A stretch of 64,000 nt of DNA from Ylistrum balloti (GCF_031769215.1 NW_026781965.1:2294001-2358000), one strand, 5' to 3'. Positions 56,201 to 63,310 are shown, counted from the stretch's first letter. Made by a program: numbers and translations. The notes: generated from the sequence alone by a model not told the origin.

Positions 56201-59200
56201 CACGCCAAACATGAAAAATAATCTTTTTCTTAGTCAAACCTCTTGGTCCCGGTCGGTCAAAGATAAGCAAGTGATTGGTGAAAAAAATCAAATTGTTGCT
56301 TACGCATCTATAAGGGCGTTAATATAAAAAAACAACACTCAAAACATAGCAATCTTGCCTCTCTTGACAAATCTACAGCTTTTAAATGTTAAGGAATGTT
56401 TGAAAATTTTTACATACAACTGATTATCTCCAACCAGCATTTGACCAACCAAGCCAGAGTACTTGTATAAATATAATTCCCTACCTGGAAGCATCTTAAC
56501 TATAGGTATTTAAGTTTTGTTCACCTTGTTTCATGTGTCGAAATAACTTTATGATTTATATATCATTAAAACATTATCTATGTCATTTTATAATTTATCT
56601 TTATACATTATTTTCTATATACACTAAGTAGGCTATTGGATTACCCTAACTCATTCCTGTTTGTAATATTCATCACATTGTATGCAATTTTACAGGTGTT
56701 TGCTGTTGCTATACTCTTCTCACTCATCATCAAGAACCCCGGTGGAGACGAGGAGGAAGATGCTGAAGACGAAGAAAAACCGAAGAACCTTGCTAATGAC
56801 GAAGAATATTTACACATGGACGATTTTGGTAAATTTTTCAGTGCTTAATATCTTACCGTAATATCTATGAGAGATGAGATTTGCACAAATTTCATCACAC
56901 AAGCGTCATTAAACAGGATTTTTATCTTATATATAGATAATCCACTTGACTGTTAAATAAACTAGCAATACATAACGAAGTTTCAACAAAACCCCGGTTA
57001 TTTTGGTACATATGTATGTACTATGTTCGCTTGGAACTCCACGTGCATGTGTTGGCGGGCGGGCGGTCAGTAGTAACCAAACGATTGTATACAATATGTT
57101 TTTTTTATCCCTCAACAACTGTAGTTTCAATTTATAACATAGCATAACACCATAAATGTCTTGGCCTGACTTGATATTGATAATTAGTAGAGGTTAAGTA
57201 ACACTTCCATGTCGTTCATTCCTTTTTTGTTACAGGTACGGGAGTCACAAAACCGAAAAAGGCGTCATACGTACCTGCTGATAATCAACTTCTTGACAAG
57301 GCACGGGAAGTGCGCTTGAAAGAAATCAAGATGTGGGCGGTGATAAGGGAAATAATTTTTTATTCCTTTTTTGTTTGGATACTCATGGTTATTAGCTACC
57401 AAAACCGAAATACCGACTCGTACCTTTACAAGTTCAGCATGGAACAAGTCTTCATCATCACGAATGACACCAATCATAAGTTCGAAAAGGTACAAATTTT
57501 GAATTAAGATACGTAATTACTTTTCCATGCATTATGTCGAGACTATGTTTTATGGTTCCTGACTTTGTATTTTGTTTATGTTCCCTGTGTTTTATTTTCG
57601 CTGAAGTTTGTGTTACTCCCATTAAATGCATAGGTTATTCATTAAGAAGTCAGACATAAAAAGCGGTCACTTTACTTGGATTGACAACATCAAATGTTAG
57701 ATATACATAATGAAGTTGATTTACAGATTATCTGCATACAAAGATGTAAAATGGTATAGTATTCATTTTAATTAAGATTAGCTTCCGTTTCGTCTCTGTG
57801 TTTTAGATTACAAATGTGCAGAACTTTTGGACATGGGCAAAGACTGGAATGGCTACTGGAATACGAGCTAACAAATGGTACAACGATGATCATCCTCTAT
57901 TTCTAAGAGGATATATTAACGACAAAGTGTCCCGATTAATGGGCTACGCTACTATGAGACAGTTGCGCACCAAAAAAGGTATATCATGTACACCTGCATT
58001 TTAATATATTTATTATCATAAATATATGCTAGTTCATATCACTTGACTGGAGTGGTTGATGTTTGATAATGAAATCGTAAATGCAAAGCATATAATACAC
58101 GACTAAGAGTCGATGCTGAATCGTATAATGAAGTCAGCCTCAGTAAATACTGGAAATTTTCTAGTTCTTAAAATATGTCCAGTATGATCATTAGTGTTAA
58201 CACCAAACGGTTTCGGTTTCTTTCTTCCTGTTTTAATGTATACTACCTTACCTAAAGGCAGATTCTATTGGAACTTTCATTAATATTTTGATTCGTAATT
58301 ATCTTAAAATGCATCTGACATACGATGTTTATAAAAGTTCCATTCTCTCACAGCACATGTTTTCAATTGTTACCTCGTGTCTTCTTTTTAGATACGTGTC
58401 GTATTGCCGACGACATAGCCAAAGTGATACCGGAATGCAATGGTGAATATACTATCATGGAACAAGATGAGGAAGAGTACCAAGTTGGCTGGAGGAAGAT
58501 GTATGGCAACTCATCTGACGAAACAAGAGAAGAATACAGGTATACTTCAGCTGCGGAACTCGATGGTTTTCCATATTGGGGTCAGATGGCTATGTACGCT
58601 GGAGGTGGTTACCTGGTCAGGCTTAAGGGATCGTCACATTCAATCTCCAAGAAAATGGCACAATTAGAAAGCGAGGGATGGATCGACAAGTATACCAGGG
58701 CAATTTTTGTCGAATTTACAGTCTACAACCCTGGTGTGAATCTATTTTCTATATCAACATTACTTGCAGAATTCCGACCAAGTAATGGAATTTTTCCATC
58801 GTACCGATTCGAACCTGCCACACTCCTCCCTTACATGAACTCAGTTATGTTGTTCCAGCTTGCTTGTGAAGTCATATATCTCCTTTTCACTCTTTACTTT
58901 GTCATTCGTGAAACACGAGGTATCATACGAGAGAAAGCAAAATATTTCAAACAGTTTTGGAATTTGATAGAATTTGGAATTTGCGGGATGTCTGTCACCG
59001 CAGTTGTTTTGTACTTCTATCGCCTGATCATCACAAATAAGCTTACTGAACGATTTAAAGAAACCCATGGAAATGAGTACATGAAGTTCCAGTATGTAGG
59101 ATATTGGAGTGAAATATTCAGCTATATCATAGGATGGCTGGTATTCTTTGGTACACTCAAGTTTTTGAAGTTATTGCGATTCAACAAGAAGATGTCTTTG

Positions 59201-59857
59201 CTGGCTTCCACCTTGAAAAATTCATGCAAAGATCTAATGCATTTTAGCATTATTTTTAACATTGTGTTCCTGGCATTTATTCAATTCTTCTATCTGATCT
59301 ATGTGGCACATATCAGATCGTTCAGCACGTTCATCACAGCTTTGGAGTCCGGAATTGTCATGATGATGGGGAAATTTGAAATCTACAGCATGTTAAGAGT
59401 TAATCCTGTAATCACTCAGATCTCTCTGTTTCTGTATGTTGTGGCGATAACATTTATTGTTGTCAATATGTTCTTGTCAATCCTCAACGAGACATTCAGT
59501 GCTGTGCGTTCCGACATCGACAAGCAGAACAATGATTACGAAATTGTTCAGTTCATGCTCGAGCGGTTCAAGTTATGGACTGGGATCGGTACGGTTGACA
59601 AAAATACATTAAAGCCAGACGACGTCAGGAAAATCAAAGAGGAAAGCATGGCAGGCAAGATCGATGAATTCCCAGACCGTATCGACAGGCTCCTCAACTC
59701 GATTTCCAACGTGTACATGGAAAAGGACCGGATCGACTCAATATTTGAAATGAATGCAAGAGGTGGAAAGAGCTTGGGTCTTACAAAAGGAGCTCTAGCG
59801 AGAAGTTCCTATGCAAACAGGACACCGACTGGGATGACCACAGTCCATACTAACTGA
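2632..59857 (+). CDS. PKD1L: Polycystin-1 family (PKD1/PKD1-like) receptor-channel subunit, 37 coding exons, about 3,525 aa
   Basis: Hand-spliced exon chain with GT-AG introns and matching phases at all 36 junctions, no internal stop. Motifs: WSC (YHGCF...C..KC..Y.GLEYGKFCRCG), PKD repeats (DFGD, HTY..G.FTVTV), REJ (NKPPANGTCTVSP..G...TMFTLTCQDWVD), GPS (W..NGC...CLCSHLTTF), PLAT (YEIVVVTG..RNAGT...WHDNSG), channel domain (LKFLKLLRFN...NMFLSILNETF). Exact paralogue not assignable by eye. Confidence 0.93.
3479..3720. repeat. Highly degenerate T-rich tandem repeat, unit about 21-22 bp
   Basis: Recurrent ttca(c)agtttgccctgg(c)gtt-like units. Confidence 0.5.
3935..5395. repeat. Minisatellite, 42-45 bp units of two interleaved subtypes, about 33 copies
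   Basis: cgtgtatcgttgattgatattacagcgctgtatttagttttggta and cgtgtatcgttgacagataatagcgctgtatttagttttg. Confidence 0.95.
5440..6140. repeat. Minisatellite, 41 bp unit, about 17 copies, related to the preceding array
   Basis: cgtgtatcatttaatatacaacgctgtatatagtttttgta; period 41 measured at 5481, 5522, 5563. Confidence 0.95.
6385..6700 (-). mobile_element. Possible non-LTR retrotransposon ORF2 C-terminal remnant
   Basis: Minus-strand translation ...SPKRV...RILIFMCS.../WPLTLLNGSLHSL...EFLKETG resembles the decayed Zn-knuckle and F(I/L)xETG end of I/Nimb-like LINEs. From memory and weak. Confidence 0.35.
9380..9995. repeat. Minisatellite, 28 bp unit, about 22 copies
   Basis: catatgtctatgttaacactgatggcac; period 28 measured at 9421, 9449, 9477. 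Confidence 0.95.
13015..13045 (+). CDS. PKD1L: Exon 2 micro-exon (signal peptide part 2, ICLIHCTAAL)
   Basis: Acceptor ttttcattcgttgtAG; donor A|GTAAGT; 31 nt, phase 0 to 1, matching both neighbours. Confidence 0.72.
13381..16730. repeat. Satellite array, 54 bp unit, about 60 copies
   Basis: ggggaagttgttggtctcattacgttgtatcccacaactcttctgtaattctat with a gagtaag variant; the source of the 18-aa repeat ORFs on both strands. Confidence 0.98.
17040..17150 (+). mobile_element. Dispersed repeat, 3' end of a Penelope-like element
   Basis: ttctcattttgagaacgtg...ttgaccgag matches the 22251 copy ttctcatttgggaacgtg...ttgaccaag. Confidence 0.55.
17311..17466. repeat. 80 bp direct duplication, 2 copies
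   Basis: tcatttgtatattt(a/g)tgccttagtaat...ttcgtgtatcctcggt starts at 17311 and at 17391. Confidence 0.9.
18225..18300 (+). mobile_element. Dispersed repeat, same Penelope-like 3'-end family
   Basis: ttgaccaagatttacatgg...acccttccacaacgcctggtcttat aligns with 22271-22350. Confidence 0.55.
19933..20075 (+). mobile_element. tRNA-derived SINE of a second family, degenerate
   Basis: A-box-like tggtgcagagg, B-box-like gatttgagttccc, then tttcccagggt..ctccagttt, resembling the conserved GGGTTTTCTCCGGGTACTCCGGTTTCC SINE core. Confidence 0.6.
21276..21419 (+). CDS. PKD1L: Exon 3, WSC domain N-half (YHGCFEVDK...CATKCGVWLYNYCGLEY)
   Basis: ttttcttcAG acceptor; G|GTACGA donor; phase 1 to 1. Confidence 0.88.
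21752..22131 (+). CDS. PKD1L: Exon 4, WSC C-half and first PKD-like repeat (GKFCRCG...CMGDASKTCG...NYGDG..HNYVTPG)
   Basis: ttttttaacAG acceptor; GTG|GTAAGT donor; phase 1 to 0. Confidence 0.9.
22200..22440 (+). mobile_element. Dispersed repeat, Penelope-like 3'-end family, best copy in the window
   Basis: gttccgttattgtaaac...ttgaccaag...gctcactgttccggaacaactggtc...ttttgtcttagtttcatcgac; inverted copies at about 50640-50830 and 20330-20490. Confidence 0.6.
22477..22657 (+). CDS. PKD1L: Exon 5 (EKVVAITIEVVAPIEGINLTCP...)
   Basis: ctccAG acceptor; CAG|GTGAGT donor; phase 0 to 1; not in the ORF track. Confidence 0.85.
22839..23340. repeat. Minisatellite, 42 bp unit, about 12 copies
   Basis: tcttaccctgcttagctctcagaga(t/c)cgtctagactcaacaa. 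Confidence 0.97.
23550..23716 (+). CDS. PKD1L: Exon 6 (DASTRVVGIP...GKLYGIEFYAEATGSISLK)
   Basis: aaacAG acceptor; AAG|GTAAAG donor; phase 1 to 0. Confidence 0.85.
24068..24695 (+). CDS. PKD1L: Exon 7, Cys-rich insert followed by beta-strand region
   Basis: ORF 24068; tcaatAG acceptor; G|GTAAGT donor; phase 0 to 1. Confidence 0.9.
24782..25880. repeat. Minisatellite, 33 bp unit, about 33 copies with a sequence gradient
   Basis: gtgacaacgtttcatatggttaaagacaatatc grades into gtgacaccgtttaacgtggttaaagactgcatg. Confidence 0.95.
26230..27766. repeat. Minisatellite, 34 bp unit type A, about 45 copies
   Basis: actgataggagacccacactaaaatatagtattt; period 34 measured at 26298 and 26332. Confidence 0.97.
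27767..28455. repeat. Minisatellite, 34 bp unit type B, about 20 copies
   Basis: actgacagaagacctacactaagatgaagtgttc, homologous to type A. Confidence 0.97.
28662..30161 (+). CDS. PKD1L: Exon 8, 1,500 nt block of about 5-6 PKD-like repeats
   Basis: ORF 28652; contains HIDFGDSS...SHTYTTLGDFTVTV; gacAG acceptor; CAG|GTAAGA donor; phase 1 to 1. Confidence 0.93.
30518..30700 (+). CDS. PKD1L: Exon 9 (GISPKGKDTFTATYTAVGNYTITV...)
   Basis: ttttaAG acceptor; A|GTAAGT donor; phase 1 to 1. Confidence 0.87.
30780..30985. repeat. Minisatellite, 29 bp unit, about 7 copies
   Basis: gtgccatattagatatactgtataacaaa. Confidence 0.92.
31679..31899 (+). CDS. PKD1L: Exon 10, PKD repeat (IDNGDGT...TYTFDGDFYTTITVSN)
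   Basis: tgttgtAG acceptor; AAT|GTACGC donor; phase 1 to 0. Confidence 0.87.
32190..32250. repeat. Compound microsatellite (TA)n(TG)n
   Basis: Seen directly. Confidence 0.98.
32424..32565 (+). CDS. PKD1L: Exon 11 (SGVYLPFQGLAVQTRYKP...GFGVSKNTFP)
   Basis: ttatcAG acceptor; AAG|GTAGGG donor; phase 0 to 1. Confidence 0.83.
32648..33168. mobile_element. Non-autonomous DNA transposon (MITE), Kolobok-like termini
   Basis: Imperfect terminal inverted repeats agggacaatttagtca and tgattgaattgttcct (13/16 match), flanked by TTAA (32648-32651) and TTTA (33165-33168); no coding capacity. Confidence 0.55.
33464..33558 (+). CDS. PKD1L: Exon 12 (GTFVYYDVRKT...FELNFT)
   Basis: ccttttccAG acceptor; ACA|GTAAGT donor; phase 1 to 0. 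Confidence 0.83.
33975..34135 (+). mobile_element. Penelope-like reverse transcriptase fragment, frameshifted
   Basis: IKDTTVSSTSAAYLDLFL, then after a frameshift LSAKLFDNHFGLNFLILNFPFLHSN, matching the remembered PLE motif IKDTT..S.SASYLDL...KLYDKRDDFNF.IVNFPFL.SN. Confidence 0.75.
34443..35345 (+). CDS. PKD1L: Exon 13, last PKD repeats and start of REJ (CSLPQLSI...LTLDPGTLSFDPD)
   Basis: ORF 34422; tttgtttcAG acceptor; TCG|GTAATG donor; phase 0 to 0. Confidence 0.92.
35803..36101 (+). CDS. PKD1L: Exon 14, REJ domain
   Basis: attgcAG acceptor; AG|GTTAGT donor; phase 0 to 2. Confidence 0.9.
36150..36235 (+). mobile_element. Penelope-like RT thumb fragment
   Basis: VPASPTYGGNMSQLIRYSRA resembles IP..PAYGVYISQLIRY.RAC. 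Confidence 0.7.
36482..36675 (+). CDS. PKD1L: Exon 15, REJ domain (TKLSLCADCQANC...YKWTL)
   Basis: catatAG acceptor; ACG|GTAATT donor; phase 2 to 1. Confidence 0.88.
37145..37205 (+). ncRNA. Degenerate type I hammerhead-ribozyme-like motif
   Basis: ac-GATGA-GTCCT(loop)AGGAC-GAAA-CAG(loop)CTG-TT. The first core bases differ from CUGAUGA and stem I is weak. Confidence 0.5.
41466..41726 (+). CDS. PKD1L: Exon 16, REJ domain (NKPPANGTCTVSPGTG...TCQDWVD)
   Basis: cttcttttAG acceptor; G|GTATGT donor; phase 1 to 1. Confidence 0.92.
42502..42671 (+). CDS. PKD1L: Exon 17, REJ C-terminal part (FPLGP...VRITDTKGA)
   Basis: gacAG acceptor; ACA|GTAAGT donor; phase 1 to 0. Confidence 0.88.
42806..42858. 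repeat. (GT)n microsatellite followed by a G-run
   Basis: Seen directly. Confidence 0.95.
43105..43273 (+). CDS. PKD1L: Exon 18, helical GAIN-A-like region
   Basis: tatttcAG acceptor; CAG|GTGCAT donor; phase 0 to 1. Confidence 0.83.
43988..44073 (+). CDS. PKD1L: Exon 19 (EFGENYPAAFG...KLDPN)
   Basis: attgtAG acceptor; AAT|GTACGT donor; phase 1 to 0. Confidence 0.8.
44278..44337 (+). CDS. PKD1L: Exon 20, 60 nt (NPINETIQAEADRKRNEGAK)
   Basis: ttgatAG acceptor; AAG|GTATAA donor; phase 0 to 0. Confidence 0.75.
44445..45290. repeat. Minisatellite, 36 bp unit, about 22 copies, interrupted near 44580-44700
   Basis: ctgacagactacagacatagttaaagttataatag(g/t). Confidence 0.95.
45530..45990 (+). mobile_element. 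Decayed Penelope-like element, RT C-terminal region
   Basis: DNFGLP...SPT*GVDISQLIRY at 45540-45620; shares tccccaaccta.ggtg...cagttgattcgatatt with the 36150 copy. Confidence 0.65.
46490..46618 (+). CDS. PKD1L: Exon 21 (IITQAVNNLKDLPLRS...)
   Basis: ttgttgcAG acceptor; CAG|GTTTGA donor; phase 0 to 0. Confidence 0.8.
46955..47089 (+). CDS. PKD1L: Exon 22 (IGLADFAVKAVDTLQ...)
   Basis: ctgttAG acceptor; GCG|GTAAGT donor; phase 0 to 0. Confidence 0.8.
47233..47550. repeat. Minisatellite, 49 bp unit, about 6 copies
   Basis: ggttaacgatgaaaactttaacgtgtaa(a/t)gacaat(t/g)ttgtggcattaaa. Confidence 0.93.
47705..47801 (+). CDS. PKD1L: Exon 23 (ASTINYAHP...EDYNTDYDAPSK)
   Basis: ttttttccaacaAG acceptor; C|GTAAGT donor; phase 0 to 1. 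Confidence 0.78.
48100..48235 (+). mobile_element. Penelope-like RT catalytic-motif remnant
   Basis: YTIDDVLSL at 48107-48133 followed by IVPITLI*NT, resembling RYIDDVLSL...IYP.ELEIKDT. Confidence 0.55.
48403..48485 (+). CDS. PKD1L: Exon 24 (PMPADIDDPEEAFAK...)
   Basis: tttttcAG acceptor; GTG|GTATGT donor; phase 1 to 0, needed to reconcile exons 23 and 25. Confidence 0.8.
49086..49310 (-). mobile_element. CR1/L2-type LINE ORF2 C-terminus remnant
   Basis: Minus strand LLYGSDTLDR, a one-base frameshift, then TSTKIFESVFELIKATIRFQ*, the typical LLYG...KIF..V..FI..T.RF* ending. Confidence 0.7.
49709..49954 (+). CDS. PKD1L: Exon 25, GAIN region
   Basis: tcctttAG acceptor; AAG|GTAAGC donor; phase 0 to 0. 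Confidence 0.87.
50185..50563 (+). CDS. PKD1L: Exon 26, GAIN-B (ELSVTNVKDRFEIFIPRD)
   Basis: gttccAG acceptor; T|GTAAAT donor; phase 0 to 1. Confidence 0.88.
50640..50830 (-). mobile_element. Dispersed repeat, inverted copy of the Penelope-like 3'-end family
   Basis: The reverse complement contains tcgatgttgtaaac, ttagttgaccaagatt and ctcttcatgaacacctgg in the same order as the 22200 copy. Confidence 0.55.
50889..51145 (+). CDS. PKD1L: Exon 27, first half of GPS motif (CLYVNTTTNRWETNGCS)
   Basis: atttgcAG acceptor; TCA|GTAAGT donor; phase 1 to 0. Confidence 0.9.
51504..51731 (+). CDS. PKD1L: Exon 28, GPS cleavage site (CLCSHL|TTF) and TM1
   Basis: ttttttctAG acceptor; AAG|GTAACC donor; phase 0 to 0. 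Confidence 0.93.
53484..53585 (+). CDS. PKD1L: Exon 29, PLAT/LH2 start (YYYEIVVVTGMRRNAGTNSK)
   Basis: tatttcAG acceptor; AAG|GTATAT donor; phase 0 to 0. Confidence 0.92.
53812..53927 (+). CDS. PKD1L: Exon 30, PLAT (VNFILSG...FQRGNVDGFL)
   Basis: ggaAG acceptor; CG|GTACGA donor; phase 0 to 2. Confidence 0.9.
54709..54874 (+). CDS. PKD1L: Exon 31, PLAT (LGPLNYLHIWHDNSG...KWFAVEEGDG)
   Basis: ctatcAG acceptor; ATG|GTAAGA donor; phase 2 to 0. Confidence 0.92.
55121..55396 (+). CDS. PKD1L: Exon 32, TM2 (SRFTRVQRVSCCLCLL)
   Basis: catttAG acceptor; CAA|GTAAGT donor; phase 0 to 0. Confidence 0.92.
55698..56186 (+). CDS. PKD1L: Exon 33, TM3, basic cytoplasmic loop, TM4 and start of TM5
   Basis: attccAG acceptor; AAG|GTAAGC donor; phase 0 to 0. 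Confidence 0.92.
56696..56828 (+). CDS. PKD1L: Exon 34, end of TM5 and acidic loop (GDEEEDAEDEE)
   Basis: ttttacAG acceptor; TTG|GTAAAT donor; phase 0 to 1. Confidence 0.9.
57236..57489 (+). CDS. PKD1L: Exon 35, TM6 (S1-equivalent)
   Basis: ttgttacAG acceptor; AAG|GTACAA donor; phase 1 to 0. Confidence 0.9.
57807..57978 (+). CDS. PKD1L: Exon 36, TOP (polycystin) domain start (NFWTW...LMGYATMRQLR)
   Basis: gttttAG acceptor; AAG|GTATAT donor; phase 0 to 1. Confidence 0.9.
58392..59857 (+). CDS. PKD1L: Exon 37, TOP domain, S2-S6 channel helices, C-tail and stop
   Basis: ORF 58325; cttctttttAG acceptor; phase 1; contains WIDKYTRAIFVEFTVYNP, LKFLKLLRFNK and NMFLSILNETF; TGA at 59855-59857. Confidence 0.95.
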
Positions 59858-60064
59858 TAAAATGCAAAGAAGATGGAAACATAATTAGATACGTTGTACA
59901 TACTCGTTTGAAGTAGTATATTTTAGAAATGTGAGTAGATAAAACTATTAACTGACAACGTTTAACCTTTCAAACTGCTTTTTTTCGATCGTGTTGCGGT
60001 AACCTTATTATTGATGTGAATTTTCGTAGCAATTCGAGTCCTAATATCTGATTATACGCTAGGA

Positions 60065-60070
60065 AATAAA
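60065..60070 (+). promoter_or_regulatory. Candidate polyadenylation signal AATAAA (alternatives at 60571 and 61650)
   Basis: About 210 nt after the stop and followed by tgtgttt. The 61650 copy is followed by a longer GT-rich tract. Confidence 0.35.
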
Positions 60071-60359
60071 ACCACTATTAATAGCTGTGTTTCCCCATGG
60101 ATGATTTCTTTCATATAACTTGTTATTTATGCATCTTTCTTGTAATCTAAGCAGTCTTTAGTTCTGGCACCTTGATCTATTGATTTTGAATATCCCCATT
60201 ACTTGCAAATACGTCACTATATACCAATCCAGTCCGTTCACGTGGTTCCTAATATGGAACTATTATAGAATGAGTATGACTCATGTAAGCAGGGCTAGTG
60301 TGGTATTTGTTCCGTGAGGCATTCGTCATTTTTTATTAGACAGGATGGCGCGATATCAA

Positions 60360-60460
60360 CTCAAACTCACAACATTACAGGAGTACATGATCGCAACTTA
60401 ATCTCACGACATTACAGGATCACATAATCGCAACTTAATCTCAAGACATTATAGGATAAC
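60360..60460. repeat. Short degenerate tandem repeat, about 36 bp, about 3 copies
   Basis: acattacagga..acat.atcgcaacttaatctca repeated. Confidence 0.75.
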
Positions 60461-61904
60461 AATGCAGAATAATCACATTTCAAAAAAAAAAATCTAATGA
60501 TCACAGTACTTTATAATGACATGAGGACCAAATTACACAAATACCAGACATTTTAAGATCACTTGATTGCAATAAACATTAACTACATTACAAGATCACA
60601 GCTCACCAATAACCAAACATCATTACGGGAAGGAATATTGCTGGAGGTTAACACTATTATGTTACAATTAAACATTACACGTGGTAACAACACTGGCATT
60701 GTGATTTAAATCATCAACACCACAAAAGAACAAAAAACAACAGATGGATTTCAAAATTGTACAAAATATCGTTAAAACATATTATTACTACTTTGAACAT
60801 GCTTTATTGTATTTAATCAAAATTCCGTCCAATTATTACACGTAAAACTGCTGACAGTTCTATTGTAAACTTGGTCAAAATTTCTGATGCTCTCTATGAA
60901 CTGCTGATGAAAAAGACACGTTATATGTACTTGTAGAATTTTAACGAAAGTTAAACGTATTTTTACATTTAAATTAAATAATTACAATACTGTGATAATT
61001 TACACACAAAGTTAATTTTGAGGCGATGTCATATATCAGAACGATGCAGCATTCCTATTTTACATGTGCTTATCTAGTATTATAAAACATTATTATCTAC
61101 ATTGGAATGACTAGGTACATGCATGTACAAGTTATTCAAAAGAAATATATGAAAAGTAAAACGTTTCATTACACGACCTCGAGTTAGATATACAAATTAG
61201 AACGATTTTACAAATGAATACATTGAATAAAATTGGTTCAACAAGGGATGCCTGGCTACTTACACAATGTATAATGAAACTATTACATTTAGAAAAAAGA
61301 ATAAGGATTATACAGAAAGAGGACTTTTTATATACAAAATTCAACTGTTTTACTCCGAAAGAGATAGTCTATAAAACCAATATTTATATATCCAGAGCGA
61401 AATGTCCAGATCTTAGCGAAGTAAAGCAAGCTTTGTATTAATATTCGGTTGTTTATATTGTATTCCGTCTACAATTTAATGTCAGATCACTGGAATGGGA
61501 TAGGGGTTATATATCATGTAATACAACGGTATCTAACTATAGTTGTAGCAAATACTGATGTATTCAAGTCATATATTGTAAAACGTTAATTATTGTGACC
61601 AGTTATTGATTCATTGTTCATGTTTTAATATTTTATGAATTTGATTGGAAATAAAGTGATTGGTTATGCCGTGTTCGGTTTAGTGTTGTACTTTTGCAGT
61701 AAACACTGAAAGGGGCCAACGTTTCTCTTTTAGCAATTTTAAGGTTGTTGATCACAAAGGAGATGCATAAAGTAATTTTAACAATGTGTTTTGGTTTCGT
61801 CCTGAATCTAGACTACATAATACAAGATAGTATTAAATACCGGATTTCTAGATAAAGGAATTATATATACCTAAACGTCAACAAACAGTTACACACCAAA
61901 TGAC

Positions 61905-63310
61905 TATATCCAATAACGTTTTTATCACAAAAAGACAATCTGTCCAACAACGTCTCATCACAAAAAGACAAAATATCCAACAACGTCTCATCACAAACAG
62001 ACAAAATATCCACCAACGTCTCATCACAAACAGACAAAATATCCACCAACGTCTCATCACAAAAAGACAAAATATCCAACAACGTCTCATCACAAAAAGA
62101 CAAAATATCCAACAAAGTCTCATCACAAACAGACAAAATATCCAACAACGTCTCATCACAAACAGACAAAATATCCACCAACGTCTCATCACAAACAGAC
62201 AAAATATCCAACAACGTTTTATCACAAACAGACAAAATATCCAACAACGTCTCATCACAAAAACACAAAATATCCAACAACGTTTTATCACAAACAGACA
62301 AAATATCCAACAACGTTTTATCACAAACAGACAAAATATCCAACAACGTCTCATCACAAAAACACAAAATATCCAACAACGTTTTATCACAAACAGACAA
62401 AATATCCAACAACGTCTCATCACAAACAGACAAAATATCCAACAACGTCTCATCACAAAAACACAAAATATCCAACAACGTTTTATCACAAACAGACAAA
62501 ATATCCAACAACGTTTTATCACAAACAGACAAAATATCCAACAACGTCTCATCACAAACAGACAAAATATCCAACAACGTCTCATCATAACAGACAAAAT
62601 ATCCAACAACGTTTTATCACAAACAGACAAAATATCCAACAACGTTTTATCACAAACAGACAAAATATCCAACAACGTCTCATCACAAACAGACAAAATA
62701 TCCAACAACGTCTCATCACAAACAGAAAAAATATCCAACAACGTCTCATCACAAAAACACAAAATATCAGACAACGTCTCATCACAAACCGACAAAATAT
62801 CCAACAACGTCTCATCACAAACAGACAAAATATCCAACAACGTCTCATCACAAACAGACAAAATATCCAACAACGTCTCATCACAAACAGACAAAATATC
62901 CAACAACGTTTTATCACAAACAGACAAAATATCCAACAACGTCTCATCACAAACAGACAAAATATCCAACAACGTCTCATCATAACAGACAAAATATCCA
63001 ACAACGTTTTATCACAAACAGACAAAATATCCAACAACGTTTTATCACAAACAGACAAAATATCCAACAACGTCTCATCACAAACAGACAAAATATCCAA
63101 CAACGTCTCATCATAACAGACAAAATATCCAACAACGTTTTATCACAAACAGACAAAATATCCAACAACGTCTCATCATAACAGACAAAATATCCAACAA
63201 CGTCTCATCACTAACAGACAAAATATCCAACAACGTTTTATCACAAACAGACAAAATATCCAACAACGTCTCATCACAAACAGTCAAAATATCCAACAAT
63301 GTCTCAACAC
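61905..63310. repeat. Minisatellite, 33 bp unit, about 42 copies
   Basis: acagacaaaatatccaacaacgt(ctc/ttt)atcacaa with a recurrent 32 bp tcatcataacagac variant; the source of ORFs 61861-63299. Confidence 0.97.

Noticed and set aside
30518-57241. Several exons begin with donor-like GTA (AG|GTA at 30518, 31679, 43105, 53812, 57236), suggesting recursive splicing
   Set aside because: AG|GT is the ordinary proto-splice consensus and the flanking introns are short, so no special mechanism is needed.
58325-59857. Stand-alone PKD2/TRPP gene suggested by the 510-aa ORF
   Set aside because: It lacks S1 and splices in phase to upstream exons carrying PLAT, GPS and REJ; the first 22 codons are intronic.
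61861-63299. ORFs of 172-364 aa (LLDILSVCDET and ITNRQNIQQRL repeats)
   Set aside because: Translations of the 33-bp array.
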